Source: Saprospiraceae bacterium
GTDB taxonomy: Bacteria; Bacteroidota; Bacteroidia; Chitinophagales; Saprospiraceae
Direction: 5' to 3'
Length of the DNA stretch: 64,000 nucleotides
NCBI GenBank assembly: GCA_016710235.1
Contig: JADJLG010000001.1
Coordinates: 3,307,225 to 3,371,224, forward strand
Shown: positions 37,377 through 47,795 of the stretch, piece by piece
Layout of the letters: every line of letters begins with the position of its first letter
Position numbering within the stretch: position 1 is the stretch's first letter
The notes under the pieces: model-generated
What the model saw: the letters and a program-made list of their open reading frames with translations, nothing else
What the model was told of the DNA's origin: nothing
Databases searched by the model: none
Program-made: the position numbers and the translations under genes

Positions 37377-38819
37377 GTGGTCAATCAACCTGTAAAAATC
37401 AAAACTCCAATCCCGTCGCATGATCCTCAAGCGGTGTGGGATGGCATATTAGCAGAAGTCAAGCTACAACTGGAAGAATCGGAATTTACGCGTTGGTTTT
37501 CGTCTATAAAACCAATTAAAATAGAAAATACCTCACTCACTATTGAAGTCCCCAATCAGTTTGTTTATGAAAGACTCGAAAGCAATTATCTGGATCTTTT
37601 GCGCAAGGGGATAAAAAAAGCGCTTGGTCCAACAGGTAAATTGGAATATAAGTTGGTCATGCAGGGTATTAAACAAAATAATGCCTCTTCCACCATTAAA
37701 AACAACAGCCAAAATCTTGAAAAAATACCGTTGAGTGCTTACAACCCGTTTGTAATCCCCGGTATTAGAGATTATAAAATCGACTCAAACCTGAATGAAA
37801 ATTATACTTTCGATAATTTTATTGAAGGTGATTGTAATCGGGTGGCCAGACAGGCGGGTATCAATATCACCAAGAATCCTGGAAAGCTGTTCAATCCTCT
37901 GATAGCATATGGGGACACAGGTCTAGGTAAAACCCATTTGGCTCATGCTATTGGGAATGGATTACTCAAGAATTTTCCAGATTTTAAGGTTGTATACATC
38001 AGTACAGATAAATTTACCAATCAATTTATCTTGGCTGTAAAAAATAATGCTGCAAATGAATTTGCTCATTATTTCAATAATGTAGATGCATTATTGATTG
38101 ACGATATACATTTCTTTGCGGGCAAAACTGGAACTCAGGAAGTTTTTTTCCATCTTTTCAATCATTTGCAACAGCAGGGCAAGCAAATCGTCATGACTTC
38201 TGATAAATCGCCAAAAGATCTCAATGAGATAGAAGACCGGTTAATTAGCAGGTTCAAATGGGGACTCACCATAGAGTTAGGCAGTCCTGATTATGAAACG
38301 AGAATGGCTATTCTGCTCTCAAAAATGGAAAAACTCAATATTCAATTGCCTGAAAATGTGAGGGATTACTTGTGCCAAAACGTAAAAACGAATATCAGAG
38401 AAATTGAAGGTATGCTTATCAGTCTTATTGCCCAATCCAGTCTAAACAAAAGAGCGATAGACATTCCCCTTGCTGAAGAAATTTTACAAGAGTATTGTAC
38501 TCAAATTATCCAAGGTATCAGCATGGAGGATATCATCAAAATCATTTGTGAGACTCAAAAAATCAATCCGGAACTGTTGATGAGCAGGTCCAGAAAAGGT
38601 AAAATTGTCCAATCCAGGCATCTCGCTATGTATTTTTGCCGAAAATATGTGGCCAATGTCAGCCTGAAAGCTATCGGGGATTATTTTGGTGGAAAAGACC
38701 ATAGTACGGTAATCCACGCTTGCAAATCTGTAGAAAATATGCTTGTGACAGATCCGCTTTTAAAGAGCCTTGCTCAAGAAATTGAAAAGAAAATTGTAAA
38801 ATCTTTGAGAGTAAAATAG
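37377..38819 (+). CDS. dnaA: chromosomal replication initiator protein DnaA
   Basis: NPLIAYGDTGLGKTHLAHAIGN (Walker A), LLIDDIHF and the domain IV signature QSRHLAMYFCRKY...IGDYFGGKDHSTVIHA. GTG start. Confidence 0.95.
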   Translation: MVNQPVKIKTPIPSHDPQAVWDGILAEVKLQLEESEFTRWFSSIKPIKIENTSLTIEVPNQFVYERLESNYLDLLRKGIKKALGPTGKLEYKLVMQGIKQNNASSTIKNNSQNLEKIPLSAYNPFVIPGIRDYKIDSNLNENYTFDNFIEGDCNRVARQAGINITKNPGKLFNPLIAYGDTGLGKTHLAHAIGNGLLKNFPDFKVVYISTDKFTNQFILAVKNNAANEFAHYFNNVDALLIDDIHFFAGKTGTQEVFFHLFNHLQQQGKQIVMTSDKSPKDLNEIEDRLISRFKWGLTIELGSPDYETRMAILLSKMEKLNIQLPENVRDYLCQNVKTNIREIEGMLISLIAQSSLNKRAIDIPLAEEILQEYCTQIIQGISMEDIIKIICETQKINPELLMSRSRKGKIVQSRHLAMYFCRKYVANVSLKAIGDYFGGKDHSTVIHACKSVENMLVTDPLLKSLAQEIEKKIVKSLRVK

Positions 38820-38907
38820 TTTTTATAATTTTGCGGTCACTTTTGCTGAAGAGTAAAAGCAAATGATGGGTGGAAAGCAAATTATCAGGCATTCAACCGA
38901 TCATCGA

Positions 38908-38997
38908 GGTGAGGTGGGTGAGTGGCTGAAACCAGCGGTTTGCTAAACCGCCGTACGCTGTTAAGGTGTACCGAGGGTTCAAATCCCTCCTTCACCG
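38908..38997 (+). tRNA. tRNA-Ser (anticodon GCU)
   Basis: Manual fold. Acceptor GGTGAGG/CTTCACC with one G-U pair. Anticodon arm GCGGT-TTGCTAA-ACCGC. Long variable arm. T arm GAGGG-TTCAAAT-CCCTC. Confidence 0.9.
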
Positions 38998-39084
38998 CTT
39001 ACAGATCATAAATAATCAGAAGGGTCAATACCCACTATAAACCTTCTGAAATGGTAATAGCTTCATTGCAATACCAAATTTTTT

Positions 39085-39159
39085 CGGGGCGTAGCGCAGT
39101 CCGGTTAGCGCACCTGCTTTGGGAGCAGGGGGTCGAGAGTTCGAATCCCTCCGCCCCGA
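39085..39159 (+). tRNA. tRNA-Pro (anticodon UGG)
   Basis: Manual fold. Acceptor CGGGGCG/CGCCCCG. D arm GCGC-AGTCCGGTTA-GCGC. Anticodon arm CCTGC-TTTGGGA-GCAGG. T loop TTCGAAT. Confidence 0.9.
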
Positions 39160-39169
39160 CTCAAAAAGA

Positions 39170-39200
39170 GGAGTATCATAAGATGCTCCTTTTTTATTTT
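39170..39200 (+). terminator. rho-independent terminator after tRNA-Pro
   Basis: GGAGTATC-ataa-GATGCTCC (8 bp, one G-U pair) followed by TTTTTTATTTT. Confidence 0.7.
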
Positions 39201-39425
39201 ACCCAAATTTTGTATCTGTTATTGGGTGAATTAAATTTTCCTTCAACAAGCATAAAATTAAAATTCTGGATTAACCATCCAACTTACCCAATCGAATTGA
39301 AATAGTGCATATTCCGCTAAGAAGTATATACTTAGATCTTACCGAAAATTAAAATAAGCCGTGCCAATTGAAATTTAATACCGTCTGAACAGACTACTTT
39401 TCTTGACTAATGAGTCCGGACTATG

Positions 39426-40316
39426 TTATGAATTCAATTTTTGTAATTCAGAGATCAACTTAGAATTTGTAGTTGAAGAAACCGGCACCAATGGGAGCCG
39501 AAGATAATTGTCACAGAGCCCCAGAAAGTGTAATGCTGCTTTTATACCTGCGGGATTACCGTCGACATAAAGCCACTGATGCACGTCCATAAGGTTTAGA
39601 TTTATTTTTGCAGCTGTAGTGTAGTTTCCCGCAAGAGCTGATCGAATTAAATCTGAAAACTGTCTTGGATAAGCATTTGCAATAACACTTATAACCCCAT
39701 CTCCTCCAATAGCTACCAACCCAAGTGCCAGCGGGTCATCACCTGAAATTACATGAAAATGTGAGGGTTTGTGCTTAATTATTTTTGAAGCCTGAACCAG
39801 ATCACCTGAAGCTTCTTTGATACCGCAAAAAATCGGGGAAGCGTGTGCCAAACGTAATGTGGTATCAGCTGTTAGATTTGAGCTGGTCCTTCCAGGTACA
39901 TTATAAATGATAATAGGCATTGGACTTTGTTCGGCAAGTGCCATATAATGCCTAAAAATTCCTTCTTGTGAAGGTTTGTTGTAAGCAGGGCTGCTAGACA
40001 AGATAGCAGTCAATCCGGATGTGTCCAATGCTTTCATTTCTGCCAATAGTTCTGCCGTATTATTCCCTCCTATGCCGATCACAACCGGAACCCTAGCCGC
40101 TACCTGTTGAACTGTAAATCTCACCACTTGATCCTTTTCTTCCTGACTAAGTGTGACACTCTCTCCGGTTGTTCCTAAAGTCACTAAGTATTCCACTCCA
40201 CCTGTAATGGTGTGTTCAATAATTCTTCCCAGAGCTTGAAAATCGATTTTTCCATTGCGATCGAAAGGGGTGACTAAAGCAACACCGGTACCTTTTAAAA
40301 ATTGTAAATCTGCCAT
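39426..40316 (-). CDS. dapA: 4-hydroxy-tetrahydrodipicolinate synthase
   Basis: GTGVALVTPF...VTLGTTGES...the active-site Lys context GIKEASGD...NPAGIK. Confidence 0.9.
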   Translation of the reverse strand: MADLQFLKGTGVALVTPFDRNGKIDFQALGRIIEHTITGGVEYLVTLGTTGESVTLSQEEKDQVVRFTVQQVAARVPVVIGIGGNNTAELLAEMKALDTSGLTAILSSSPAYNKPSQEGIFRHYMALAEQSPMPIIIYNVPGRTSSNLTADTTLRLAHASPIFCGIKEASGDLVQASKIIKHKPSHFHVISGDDPLALGLVAIGGDGVISVIANAYPRQFSDLIRSALAGNYTTAAKINLNLMDVHQWLYVDGNPAGIKAALHFLGLCDNYLRLPLVPVSSTTNSKLISELQKLNS

Positions 40317-40332
40317 AAATTTTAATAAAATA

Positions 40333-41277
40333 TCAGGCTTCTTTGAATCTGCCCATTTGTTCGTATTTCAAAATTCTGTTTGTCACTCTCTGTAGGGGTT
40401 CGATAGGTAATAAATCATCTAAATGCACTTTTATATGCTTTTTTATAGTTCGAGCCATTGTTTCAGGATCATTGTGAGCGCCGCCTAAAGGTTCTTTAAC
40501 AATACCATCTATCAGGCCAAAACCCTCCATGTGATCAGCTGTCAGCTTGAGTGCTTCTGCTGCTTTCTCTTTAAAATCCCAACTCCTCCACAAAATTGAA
40601 GAACAACTTTCAGGTGAAATCACAGAATACCACGTATTTTCAAGCATAAACACTCTGTCTCCAACTCCGATTCCTAAGGCTCCACCTGATGCTCCTTCAC
40701 CGATAATATAACAAAGGATCGGCACTTTCAATTGCGACATCTCAAATAAATTCCTGGCAATAGCTTCAGCCTGACCTCTTTCTTCTGCTTCAATCCCGGG
40801 ATAAGCTCCGGGAGTATCTATAAAAGTAACAACAGGATAATTGAATTTTTCTGCAAGCTTCATCAAGCGCAATGCTTTTCGATAGCCATCAGGATTAGCC
40901 ATCCCAAAATTTCGAAACTGTCTTTGTTTTGTAGAATTGCCTTTCTGGTGTCCAATGACGACCACGGGTTGGGAATCAATAAACCCTACACCCCCAACTA
41001 TTGCATGATCATCTTTGACGTACCTGTCACCATGTAATTCAATAAATTTCTTGCAAATCTGACTGATATAATACATTGTATAAGGTCGTTCAGGATGTCT
41101 TGACAACTGAACTTTTTGCCATCCACTCAGATTGCTGTAGATTTCCTTCCTTTTGGTTTTGATCCGCCCTTCCAGCTCAGTAATTTTCTCAGTTAGATCT
41201 AGCTGTCCTTCCTCAGAGAGTTTTTTCAGCTTTTCCAGCTGCTCATAGAGCACTTCAAGAGGCTTTTCAAATTCCAT
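40333..41277 (-). CDS. accA: acetyl-CoA carboxylase carboxyltransferase alpha subunit
   Basis: [10 protein letters not shown]...[47 protein letters not shown]. Start taken as ATG 41277 (MEFEKPLE). Confidence 0.9.
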   Translation of the reverse strand: MEFEKPLEVLYEQLEKLKKLSEEGQLDLTEKITELEGRIKTKRKEIYSNLSGWQKVQLSRHPERPYTMYYISQICKKFIELHGDRYVKDDHAIVGGVGFIDSQPVVVIGHQKGNSTKQRQFRNFGMANPDGYRKALRLMKLAEKFNYPVVTFIDTPGAYPGIEAEERGQAEAIARNLFEMSQLKVPILCYIIGEGASGGALGIGVGDRVFMLENTWYSVISPESCSSILWRSWDFKEKAAEALKLTADHMEGFGLIDGIVKEPLGGAHNDPETMARTIKKHIKVHLDDLLPIEPLQRVTNRILKYEQMGRFKEA

Positions 41278-41465
41278 AAATATCATAAAACCAATCAATT
41301 ATGGCCTAATGCCGTTAGAAAATGGGTTTATCAAAACAAGGACAAATTACAGGAAGTTTACGGAGCATGAATAAATCAATGCGATTTTATTTTTTTATAT
41401 GCCAGAAAGTAAAATATATCAAAGGTATCCTTATTTTTGCGCTCGCTTTCATTAGAAAGTTAGCG

Positions 41466-41539
<74 letters not shown>

Positions 41540-41549
41540 CTAAAATAAA

Positions 41550-41576
41550 GGAGTCTATGCAGGCTCCTTTTTTATT
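41550..41576 (+). terminator. rho-independent terminator after tRNA-Asp
   Basis: GGAGTCT-atgc-AGGCTCC (7 bp, one G-U pair) followed by TTTTTTATTT. Confidence 0.7.
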
Positions 41577-41597
41577 TAAATTTTATCATAATTGATC

Positions 41598-42170
41598 TTA
41601 CAAGTCCATTGGAATTAATTTCCTGATGACTTTTGCAGGAACACCTACAGCAACAGAAAAATCATCTAAATCTTGTGTTACTACTGCTCCGGCTCCAACT
41701 ACACACATTTTTCCAATTCGCACTCCAGGTAATACTATCGCTCCTGTACCAAGATACGCCCCATCTCCCAGAAGGATAGGAGATCGGTATTCATCTAAGG
41801 ACTTTGAAATTATTCTATTTCCAACTTCCTGATGTGTAAATAAACTCACTCTGGCACTTAGAACAACTTCTTTGCCCAATCGGATTTCATCAGTTAGATC
41901 CAAAATCACCTGTTCTCCGATATAACATTCTTGGCCAATGGTTAATTTTTTAAAATCACCCAAACTTTCAGATCTTCCGCTTGAATTTAGTATGACTAAG
42001 CCTGATTTGATGCTTACATCTGAACCCACATTTGCATTACAGTGCCTCAATATTTCAGGCAAGGCAAAACTTTTAACAAGAGGTAAACTTTCACAAAATA
42101 AATGATGTCCAATAAAATATCTTTTGATCTTGATCAGAAGAATATATAGTGTTTTCAACATTTTTTTCAT
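41598..42170 (-). CDS. hexapeptide-repeat (LbH) acyl/acetyltransferase
   Basis: C-terminal left-handed beta-helix repeats: LGDGAYLGTGAIVLPGVRIGKMCVVGAGAVVTQDLDDFSVAVGVPAKVIR. Confidence 0.75.
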   Translation of the reverse strand: MKKMLKTLYILLIKIKRYFIGHHLFCESLPLVKSFALPEILRHCNANVGSDVSIKSGLVILNSSGRSESLGDFKKLTIGQECYIGEQVILDLTDEIRLGKEVVLSARVSLFTHQEVGNRIISKSLDEYRSPILLGDGAYLGTGAIVLPGVRIGKMCVVGAGAVVTQDLDDFSVAVGVPAKVIRKLIPMDL

Positions 42171-42198
42171 TTTTCAATCATTGAGCAGATCATTACAA

Positions 42199-44433
42199 TC
42201 AGTGTTCGTCTAATCGACTCACAGATGTCACTCCTTGTAGTTTTGCCAAAGACTGTATGATTTTATTTAACTGGTCTTTGTGATTGACAAGCAAAGATAT
42301 CTTTCCATCAAAAGTGCCTTGATTGCCTTCAATACTAAAGGACTTTATATTGACTCCCATTCCGGAAGAAATAGTATGCGTCAGTCTTTCGATCACACCA
42401 GGCCCATCATCAATGCCGTGTACCATCAATACAGCAGTGAACGAACTATTCAATCTCTGAGCCCATTCCGCCTTCAGTATTCTGTATCCATAAGAAGCCA
42501 TTAAATGCTCGGCGTTCTTGCAGTTGACACGGTGGATTTTCATTCCGCTACTCGTAGTTACGTACGCAAATATTCTATCCCCTTCTACCGGATTGCAACA
42601 AGCCGCCAAAGAATATTGGTATTGATCTCCATCTTCACCATTGATGATGAGCTTGGTAGTATGTGCAAACGTCCTTGAAATTTTGCCTAACTCAGTAAAA
42701 TTGAGCTCTTTCGGTTCATTTCTGATTTCACTCAATTTTCCATTCTCGACATTGAATTTGCGGAGCAACTCCGGAAAATCAAATCTCTCGTCTGCAAAAT
42801 GAACATAAAGTTCGGTTCGCGATCGACAAGCCAATAATTTCATCAACACTTCCAGGTTCTCTTCGATATCCAGTTTGTTGTTCTTCAGTTTTCGATCCAA
42901 AATTTCCTTGCCATCTTCAGCTTTCTTTTTCTCCTCTTCCTTGAGTGAAGCCCGGATTTTAGATTTGGCCTTCCCGGTTATTACGATTTTGAGCCAATCT
43001 TCCGTAGGTCTTTGATTTTTGGCAGTGACAACTTGAATCTGATCTCCACTGCTGAGCTGATACCCCATGGGTACCAGTTTGTTGTTGATTTTAAACGCAC
43101 TTGCATGGTAACCGACATCGGAATGGATGTTAAATGCAAAGTCCAATGCTGTCGCTCCTTTGGGCAAAACTTTCATATCTCCTTTAGGCGTATAAACATA
43201 GACCTCTTCTCCATATAAATTGGATTTAAAGTCATTTAAAAATTCTATTGCATCATTATGGGGTGTCTCTAAAATATCTTTTATACTGTCGAACCAGTGG
43301 TCATAAATGCCATGTATGTTGGTAATCCCCTTATACTTCCAATGTGAGGCATATCCTTTTTCAGCAATGTCATCCATTCTGCGAGACCTGATTTGGACTT
43401 CCACATATTTACCTTTGGGGCCAATCACCGAAGTATGCAGAGATTCATACCCATTCGATTTTGGTGTTGTAATCCAATCTTTCAATCGCTCGGGAATGGG
43501 CCTATGTACATCTGTTACAATAGAATACACTTGCCAGCACACTGATTTTTCTTTTTCCTTTGGAACATCTACCACAATGCGTACAGCAAATAGATCATAA
43601 ATTTCCTCAAAACTTACCCGTTTTGTTTTTATTTTATTAGCAATAGAAGAAATTGATTTTGGTCGTCCATAGATCTCGTACTTCACACCCAAATCTTCTA
43701 ATGATTCCTTGAGAGGCTTTATGAATTCATTAATAAATCTTGTCCGCTCTTTCTGAGTATCCTTTAGCTTGAATACAATCTCGTTGTACAATTCAGGTTC
43801 ATTGATTTTCAAGCAAATATCCATGAATTCAGACTTGAGATTGTAAAGCCCCAGTCTGTGTGCAAGTGGTGCGTATATATAAGTAGTTTCGGCAGCTATT
43901 TTCAACTGCTTGTGTTGGGGCATTCCTGCAATTGTCCTTAAATTGTGCAATCTGTCGGCCATTTTTATCAAGACCACCCTTACATCTTCAACTAAAGTGG
44001 ATAGTACTTTTTTAAAATTTTCTGCTTGAGGACTTTCTACGTTATAGAGTCCATCCAATTTGGTAAGGCCATCAACTATTTTGGAAATTTTAGGGCCAAA
44101 TTCTCTGTGGATGACTTCCAGGTTGACAGAAGTATCTTCAACAACGTCATGAAGCAAAGCTGACATTACGGATTTATAGCCGAGCCCTAACTCTTCGAAA
44201 CATATTCTTGCAACTTCGATAGGATGGGTGATATAAGGCTCTCCAGACTTTCGTCTTTGCTCACCATGTGCTGTGAGAGCAAATCCAAAAGCCCTGCTGA
44301 CGTCAGCGATTTCTTCAGCTTGCAAACCATGAGATTTGAGCAATTTCATGAGTTTTGCATAATCAGTTCTGATCATCTTGGCGTCGGCCTCATCAAAGTG
44401 AGGTGGCATCTTTATAATTTTCTCTTCATCCAT
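42199..44433 (-). CDS. bifunctional (p)ppGpp synthetase/hydrolase (RelA/SpoT homolog)
   Basis: HD hydrolase domain (RKSGEPYITHPIEVA...LLHDVVEDT), synthetase domain (YESLHTSV), TGS domain (VYVYTPKGDMKVLPKGATALDFAF) and a C-terminal ACT domain. Confidence 0.95.
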   Translation of the reverse strand: MDEEKIIKMPPHFDEADAKMIRTDYAKLMKLLKSHGLQAEEIADVSRAFGFALTAHGEQRRKSGEPYITHPIEVARICFEELGLGYKSVMSALLHDVVEDTSVNLEVIHREFGPKISKIVDGLTKLDGLYNVESPQAENFKKVLSTLVEDVRVVLIKMADRLHNLRTIAGMPQHKQLKIAAETTYIYAPLAHRLGLYNLKSEFMDICLKINEPELYNEIVFKLKDTQKERTRFINEFIKPLKESLEDLGVKYEIYGRPKSISSIANKIKTKRVSFEEIYDLFAVRIVVDVPKEKEKSVCWQVYSIVTDVHRPIPERLKDWITTPKSNGYESLHTSVIGPKGKYVEVQIRSRRMDDIAEKGYASHWKYKGITNIHGIYDHWFDSIKDILETPHNDAIEFLNDFKSNLYGEEVYVYTPKGDMKVLPKGATALDFAFNIHSDVGYHASAFKINNKLVPMGYQLSSGDQIQVVTAKNQRPTEDWLKIVITGKAKSKIRASLKEEEKKKAEDGKEILDRKLKNNKLDIEENLEVLMKLLACRSRTELYVHFADERFDFPELLRKFNVENGKLSEIRNEPKELNFTELGKISRTFAHTTKLIINGEDGDQYQYSLAACCNPVEGDRIFAYVTTSSGMKIHRVNCKNAEHLMASYGYRILKAEWAQRLNSSFTAVLMVHGIDDGPGVIERLTHTISSGMGVNIKSFSIEGNQGTFDGKISLLVNHKDQLNKIIQSLAKLQGVTSVSRLDEH

Positions 44434-44610
44434 CTTTTAATAGAACAACAAAGCTAAAAAAAAGATATTTATATCTATAAATTCCTAAATTTTAAGCTAT
44501 ATTAATCATTTATAGTGATTTATATATTATTAATATAATTAATGTATAAATTTTATTTTATATGGTTTAATATTCACTTTGGCTGTTTATCTTTGCAACC
44601 TGATTTTTCT

Positions 44611-44691
44611 GCGGATGTGGCGAAACTGGCAGACGCACTAGACTTAGGATCTAGCGCCTTAGGCGTGTGGGTTCGACTCCCTCCATCCGCA
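44611..44691 (+). tRNA. tRNA-Leu (anticodon UAG)
   Basis: Manual fold. Acceptor GCGGATG/CATCCGC. 3-bp D stem. Anticodon arm CTAGA-CTTAGGA-TCTAG. Variable arm CGCC-tta-GGCG. T loop TTCGACT. Confidence 0.9.
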
Positions 44692-44748
44692 CTCAGTCCC
44701 ATAGACCCTTTGGGTTTGTGGGATTTTGTTTTTTATTAAAGCACTTTC

Positions 44749-46155
44749 ATGCAAACAGACTTTCTTCCATTAGACAAACAGCACGGGAAAATTCAAATCC
44801 AATTGACAAAACAGGATTTGGATCCAATGGTAAAATCCGAACTCAAAAAAATTAAAAACAAAGCACAGATTAAAGGTTTTCGTCAAGGCGGAGTGCCCGA
44901 AAGCCTTCTCATGAATCTTTATGGCACAGAGATCAAAGCAGATGCTATCCAAAAACTTGTGCAGCAAAGTGTGGAATCTTATTTAAAAGAGAATAATAAA
45001 CAATTGGTTGGTGAGATTATGGCTGTCAACGATCCTATAGGTCAGCTTGGCATGTCAGCCGATGCTTATCAATTTGAATTTGAACTGGGATTTGCCCCGG
45101 ACCCAGATATTTCCACTGCATTGGAAGGCACAAAACTGGTGCGCTACAAAATACAAATTCCTGAATCAAAAATTGAAGAAGAGATCAGCTTCTTACTCAC
45201 AAAGTATGGTAATCTGGAAGATAGCACTGAAGCTGTCAAAGTTGGTGATCAAGTAAAACTAGAAGTTTATGAATTGGAGAATGGAATTGTCAAACCTGAG
45301 GGAGTAATATCTGACTTTGTAGTTTTAGTCGATGACACATTGACTGAAGAATTCCAACAGACGCTGTTGGGTAAAATTATCGATAATGAATTTACAGCTG
45401 ACATCTATCAAATTGAAAAAAAATTAGACCTGAATCAGGTAAAAAAGTACTTTTTAAAATTAGAGGAAAATGATGAAAGAGAGTTTGGAAATTTATTTCA
45501 GGTAAAAATCATTCAGATCCAATCGAACAAAGCATCTACAGAAAATGAAGAGTTTTACAAAAAGGTATTTGGCAATGATACTGAAGTCGTTGATTCGCTT
45601 TCATTCCGACAACAATTGAGAACCTCTTTGCAGGTATATTATGATCTTGAAAGTGAGAAGATGCTGGATTTTATGCTGGTGAAAGAACTAGCAAAAACAA
45701 GTCAAATGGAATTTCCTGAAAATTTTCTTAAAAAATGGTTACAATCTACATCTGAATCATGGGCTAAGAAAAGTGGTTATGAATTAGAACATGATTTTTT
45801 TCATTTTAAAGAAAGTTTAGCTTGGAGAATTCTTAGAGAAAAATATAGCCAAATTCACGAAATTCAAATCAGCAGACAGGAGCTTGAAAATTATGTAATC
45901 CATAGTATCAAACAGAAATATGGAGAATTCAAATTGGATGAAGAAGTTTGGCGTGGATATGTTAGAAAAATGCTAGAGGACAAAGAACAAGCTATGAATT
46001 ATTATGTGGAACTGGAAAATTTAAAAGTCATCGAGCATATGAAGGCATCAATGACAATTGATTCTGAAGATATCGAGCTTGGAAATTTTAATACAAAAGT
46101 TCAAGAAATTAACTCACACCACCATACAGAACTCGACCATCATCACGAGCATTGA
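44749..46155 (+). CDS. tig: trigger factor with a His-rich C-terminal tail
   Basis: The N-terminal ribosome-binding region carries IKGFRQGGVP (the GFRxGxxP motif). 468 aa. The last 12 residues are HHHTELDHHHEH. Confidence 0.85.
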   Translation: MQTDFLPLDKQHGKIQIQLTKQDLDPMVKSELKKIKNKAQIKGFRQGGVPESLLMNLYGTEIKADAIQKLVQQSVESYLKENNKQLVGEIMAVNDPIGQLGMSADAYQFEFELGFAPDPDISTALEGTKLVRYKIQIPESKIEEEISFLLTKYGNLEDSTEAVKVGDQVKLEVYELENGIVKPEGVISDFVVLVDDTLTEEFQQTLLGKIIDNEFTADIYQIEKKLDLNQVKKYFLKLEENDEREFGNLFQVKIIQIQSNKASTENEEFYKKVFGNDTEVVDSLSFRQQLRTSLQVYYDLESEKMLDFMLVKELAKTSQMEFPENFLKKWLQSTSESWAKKSGYELEHDFFHFKESLAWRILREKYSQIHEIQISRQELENYVIHSIKQKYGEFKLDEEVWRGYVRKMLEDKEQAMNYYVELENLKVIEHMKASMTIDSEDIELGNFNTKVQEINSHHHTELDHHHEH

Positions 46156-46216
46156 TGCAAGTTTAGTTGTGGTTAAAATGGATAAAAGAGCTTATTCTTC
46201 CAATCAAGAAAATTTT

Positions 46217-47758
46217 TTATAAAGGAATATTCCCGTGTTTTTTTGCAGGAAGTTGATCTGCTTTGTTTGATAAACTGGCAAACGCTTTTATCAATTTCCT
46301 TCTTGTATGTGAAGGTTCTATGACTTCATCAACAAAACCACGGCCAGCAGCATGATATGGGTTAGCAAACTTTTCACCATATTCTCTTTCTTTCTCTGCC
46401 AGCTTTGCCAGTGGATTTTCTGCAGTTTCAATTTCTTTTTTAAAAATAATTTCACTCGCACCTTTTGCGCCCATAACCGCAATTTCGGCGCTTGGCCAGG
46501 CATAATTCAGGTCAGCACCAATATGCTTTGAATTCATCACATCATAGGCCCCTCCATACGCCTTTCGAGTTATTAATGTAATCCGTCCAACAGTGGCTTC
46601 GCTAAAAGCATACAACAGTTTCGCACCATTTGTGATAATTGCATTCCACTCCTGATCTGTCCCCGGAAGAAATCCAGGAACATCTACTAAAACTAACAAT
46701 GGAATATTGAAACAATCACAAAAACGAACAAATCTAGCTGCTTTTTTTGAGGCTTTAACGTCTAGGCATCCAGCCAGTACCATGGGTTGATTTGCAACAA
46801 TTCCGATGCATTTTCCTGCAAGTCTGGCAAATCCCACAACTATATTATCTGCAAATTCTTCCTGAATTTCATAGAAAGTACTTACATCGATGATATGCGT
46901 GATCACTTCTTTGATATCGTAAGGTTGATTTGCATTTTCAGGTATAATGTCATTCAGTTCAGGGCGCATTTCATCGCTCAAAACATAATCCAAATCAGGT
47001 ACTTTTTCTTCACAATTTTGAGGAATATAGGAAATCAATTTTCGTACTTGTGCAATACAGTCTAAATCATCTTGTGCTGTAAGATGTGTTACTCCTGATT
47101 TTGTGGCATGGGTATGAGCACCACCCAGGGCTTCAGAACTCACTTCTTCGTTTGTTACCGTTTTGACAACATTGGGTCCTGTTACAAACATGTACGAACT
47201 ATTTTCCACCATGATGATAAAATCAGTCATAGCAGGAGAATAAACTGCTCCTCCAGCACAAGGCCCCATTATCGCAGAAATTTGCGGAATGCTTCCTGAG
47301 GTTCTAACATTTCTGTAGAAGATATCCGCGTATCCTCCTAAAGATCGGACACCTTCTTGAATCCTCGCCCCACCGCTGTCATTCAATCCAATCACTGGTG
47401 CCCCATTTTTTAGAGCTAGATCCATCAACTTACAAATTTTTTCAGCATGAGTCTCTGACAATGATCCTCCAAAAACTGTAAAATCTTGGGCAAAAACATA
47501 CATCAATCTCCGATCGATGGTACCATATCCTGTGATTACACCATCACCATAGAAATTTTGCTTATCCATTCCAAAATCAGTCGTGCGATGCACAACCAAC
47601 ATTCCAAGTTCTTCAAAACTTCCCGGATCCAATAGCAATTCAATACGTTCTCTCGCAGTTAGTTTTCTTTTTTTATGCTGTGAATCTATCCGATCTGCAC
47701 CTCCACCCAATAGAGCTTGTTCCTTTTTAACATTTAATGTTTCCAAATATTTTTGCAT
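46217..47758 (-). CDS. acyl-CoA carboxylase carboxyltransferase (propionyl-CoA carboxylase beta / methylmalonyl-CoA decarboxylase alpha type)
   Basis: [22 protein letters not shown]...[12 protein letters not shown]...[17 protein letters not shown]...[13 protein letters not shown]. Confidence 0.9.
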   Translation of the reverse strand: MQKYLETLNVKKEQALLGGGADRIDSQHKKRKLTARERIELLLDPGSFEELGMLVVHRTTDFGMDKQNFYGDGVITGYGTIDRRLMYVFAQDFTVFGGSLSETHAEKICKLMDLALKNGAPVIGLNDSGGARIQEGVRSLGGYADIFYRNVRTSGSIPQISAIMGPCAGGAVYSPAMTDFIIMVENSSYMFVTGPNVVKTVTNEEVSSEALGGAHTHATKSGVTHLTAQDDLDCIAQVRKLISYIPQNCEEKVPDLDYVLSDEMRPELNDIIPENANQPYDIKEVITHIIDVSTFYEIQEEFADNIVVGFARLAGKCIGIVANQPMVLAGCLDVKASKKAARFVRFCDCFNIPLLVLVDVPGFLPGTDQEWNAIITNGAKLLYAFSEATVGRITLITRKAYGGAYDVMNSKHIGADLNYAWPSAEIAVMGAKGASEIIFKKEIETAENPLAKLAEKEREYGEKFANPYHAAGRGFVDEVIEPSHTRRKLIKAFASLSNKADQLPAKKHGNIPL

Positions 47759-47795
47759 AATAAAATTGGATTAATAATATCGCGATCGAATTGAA

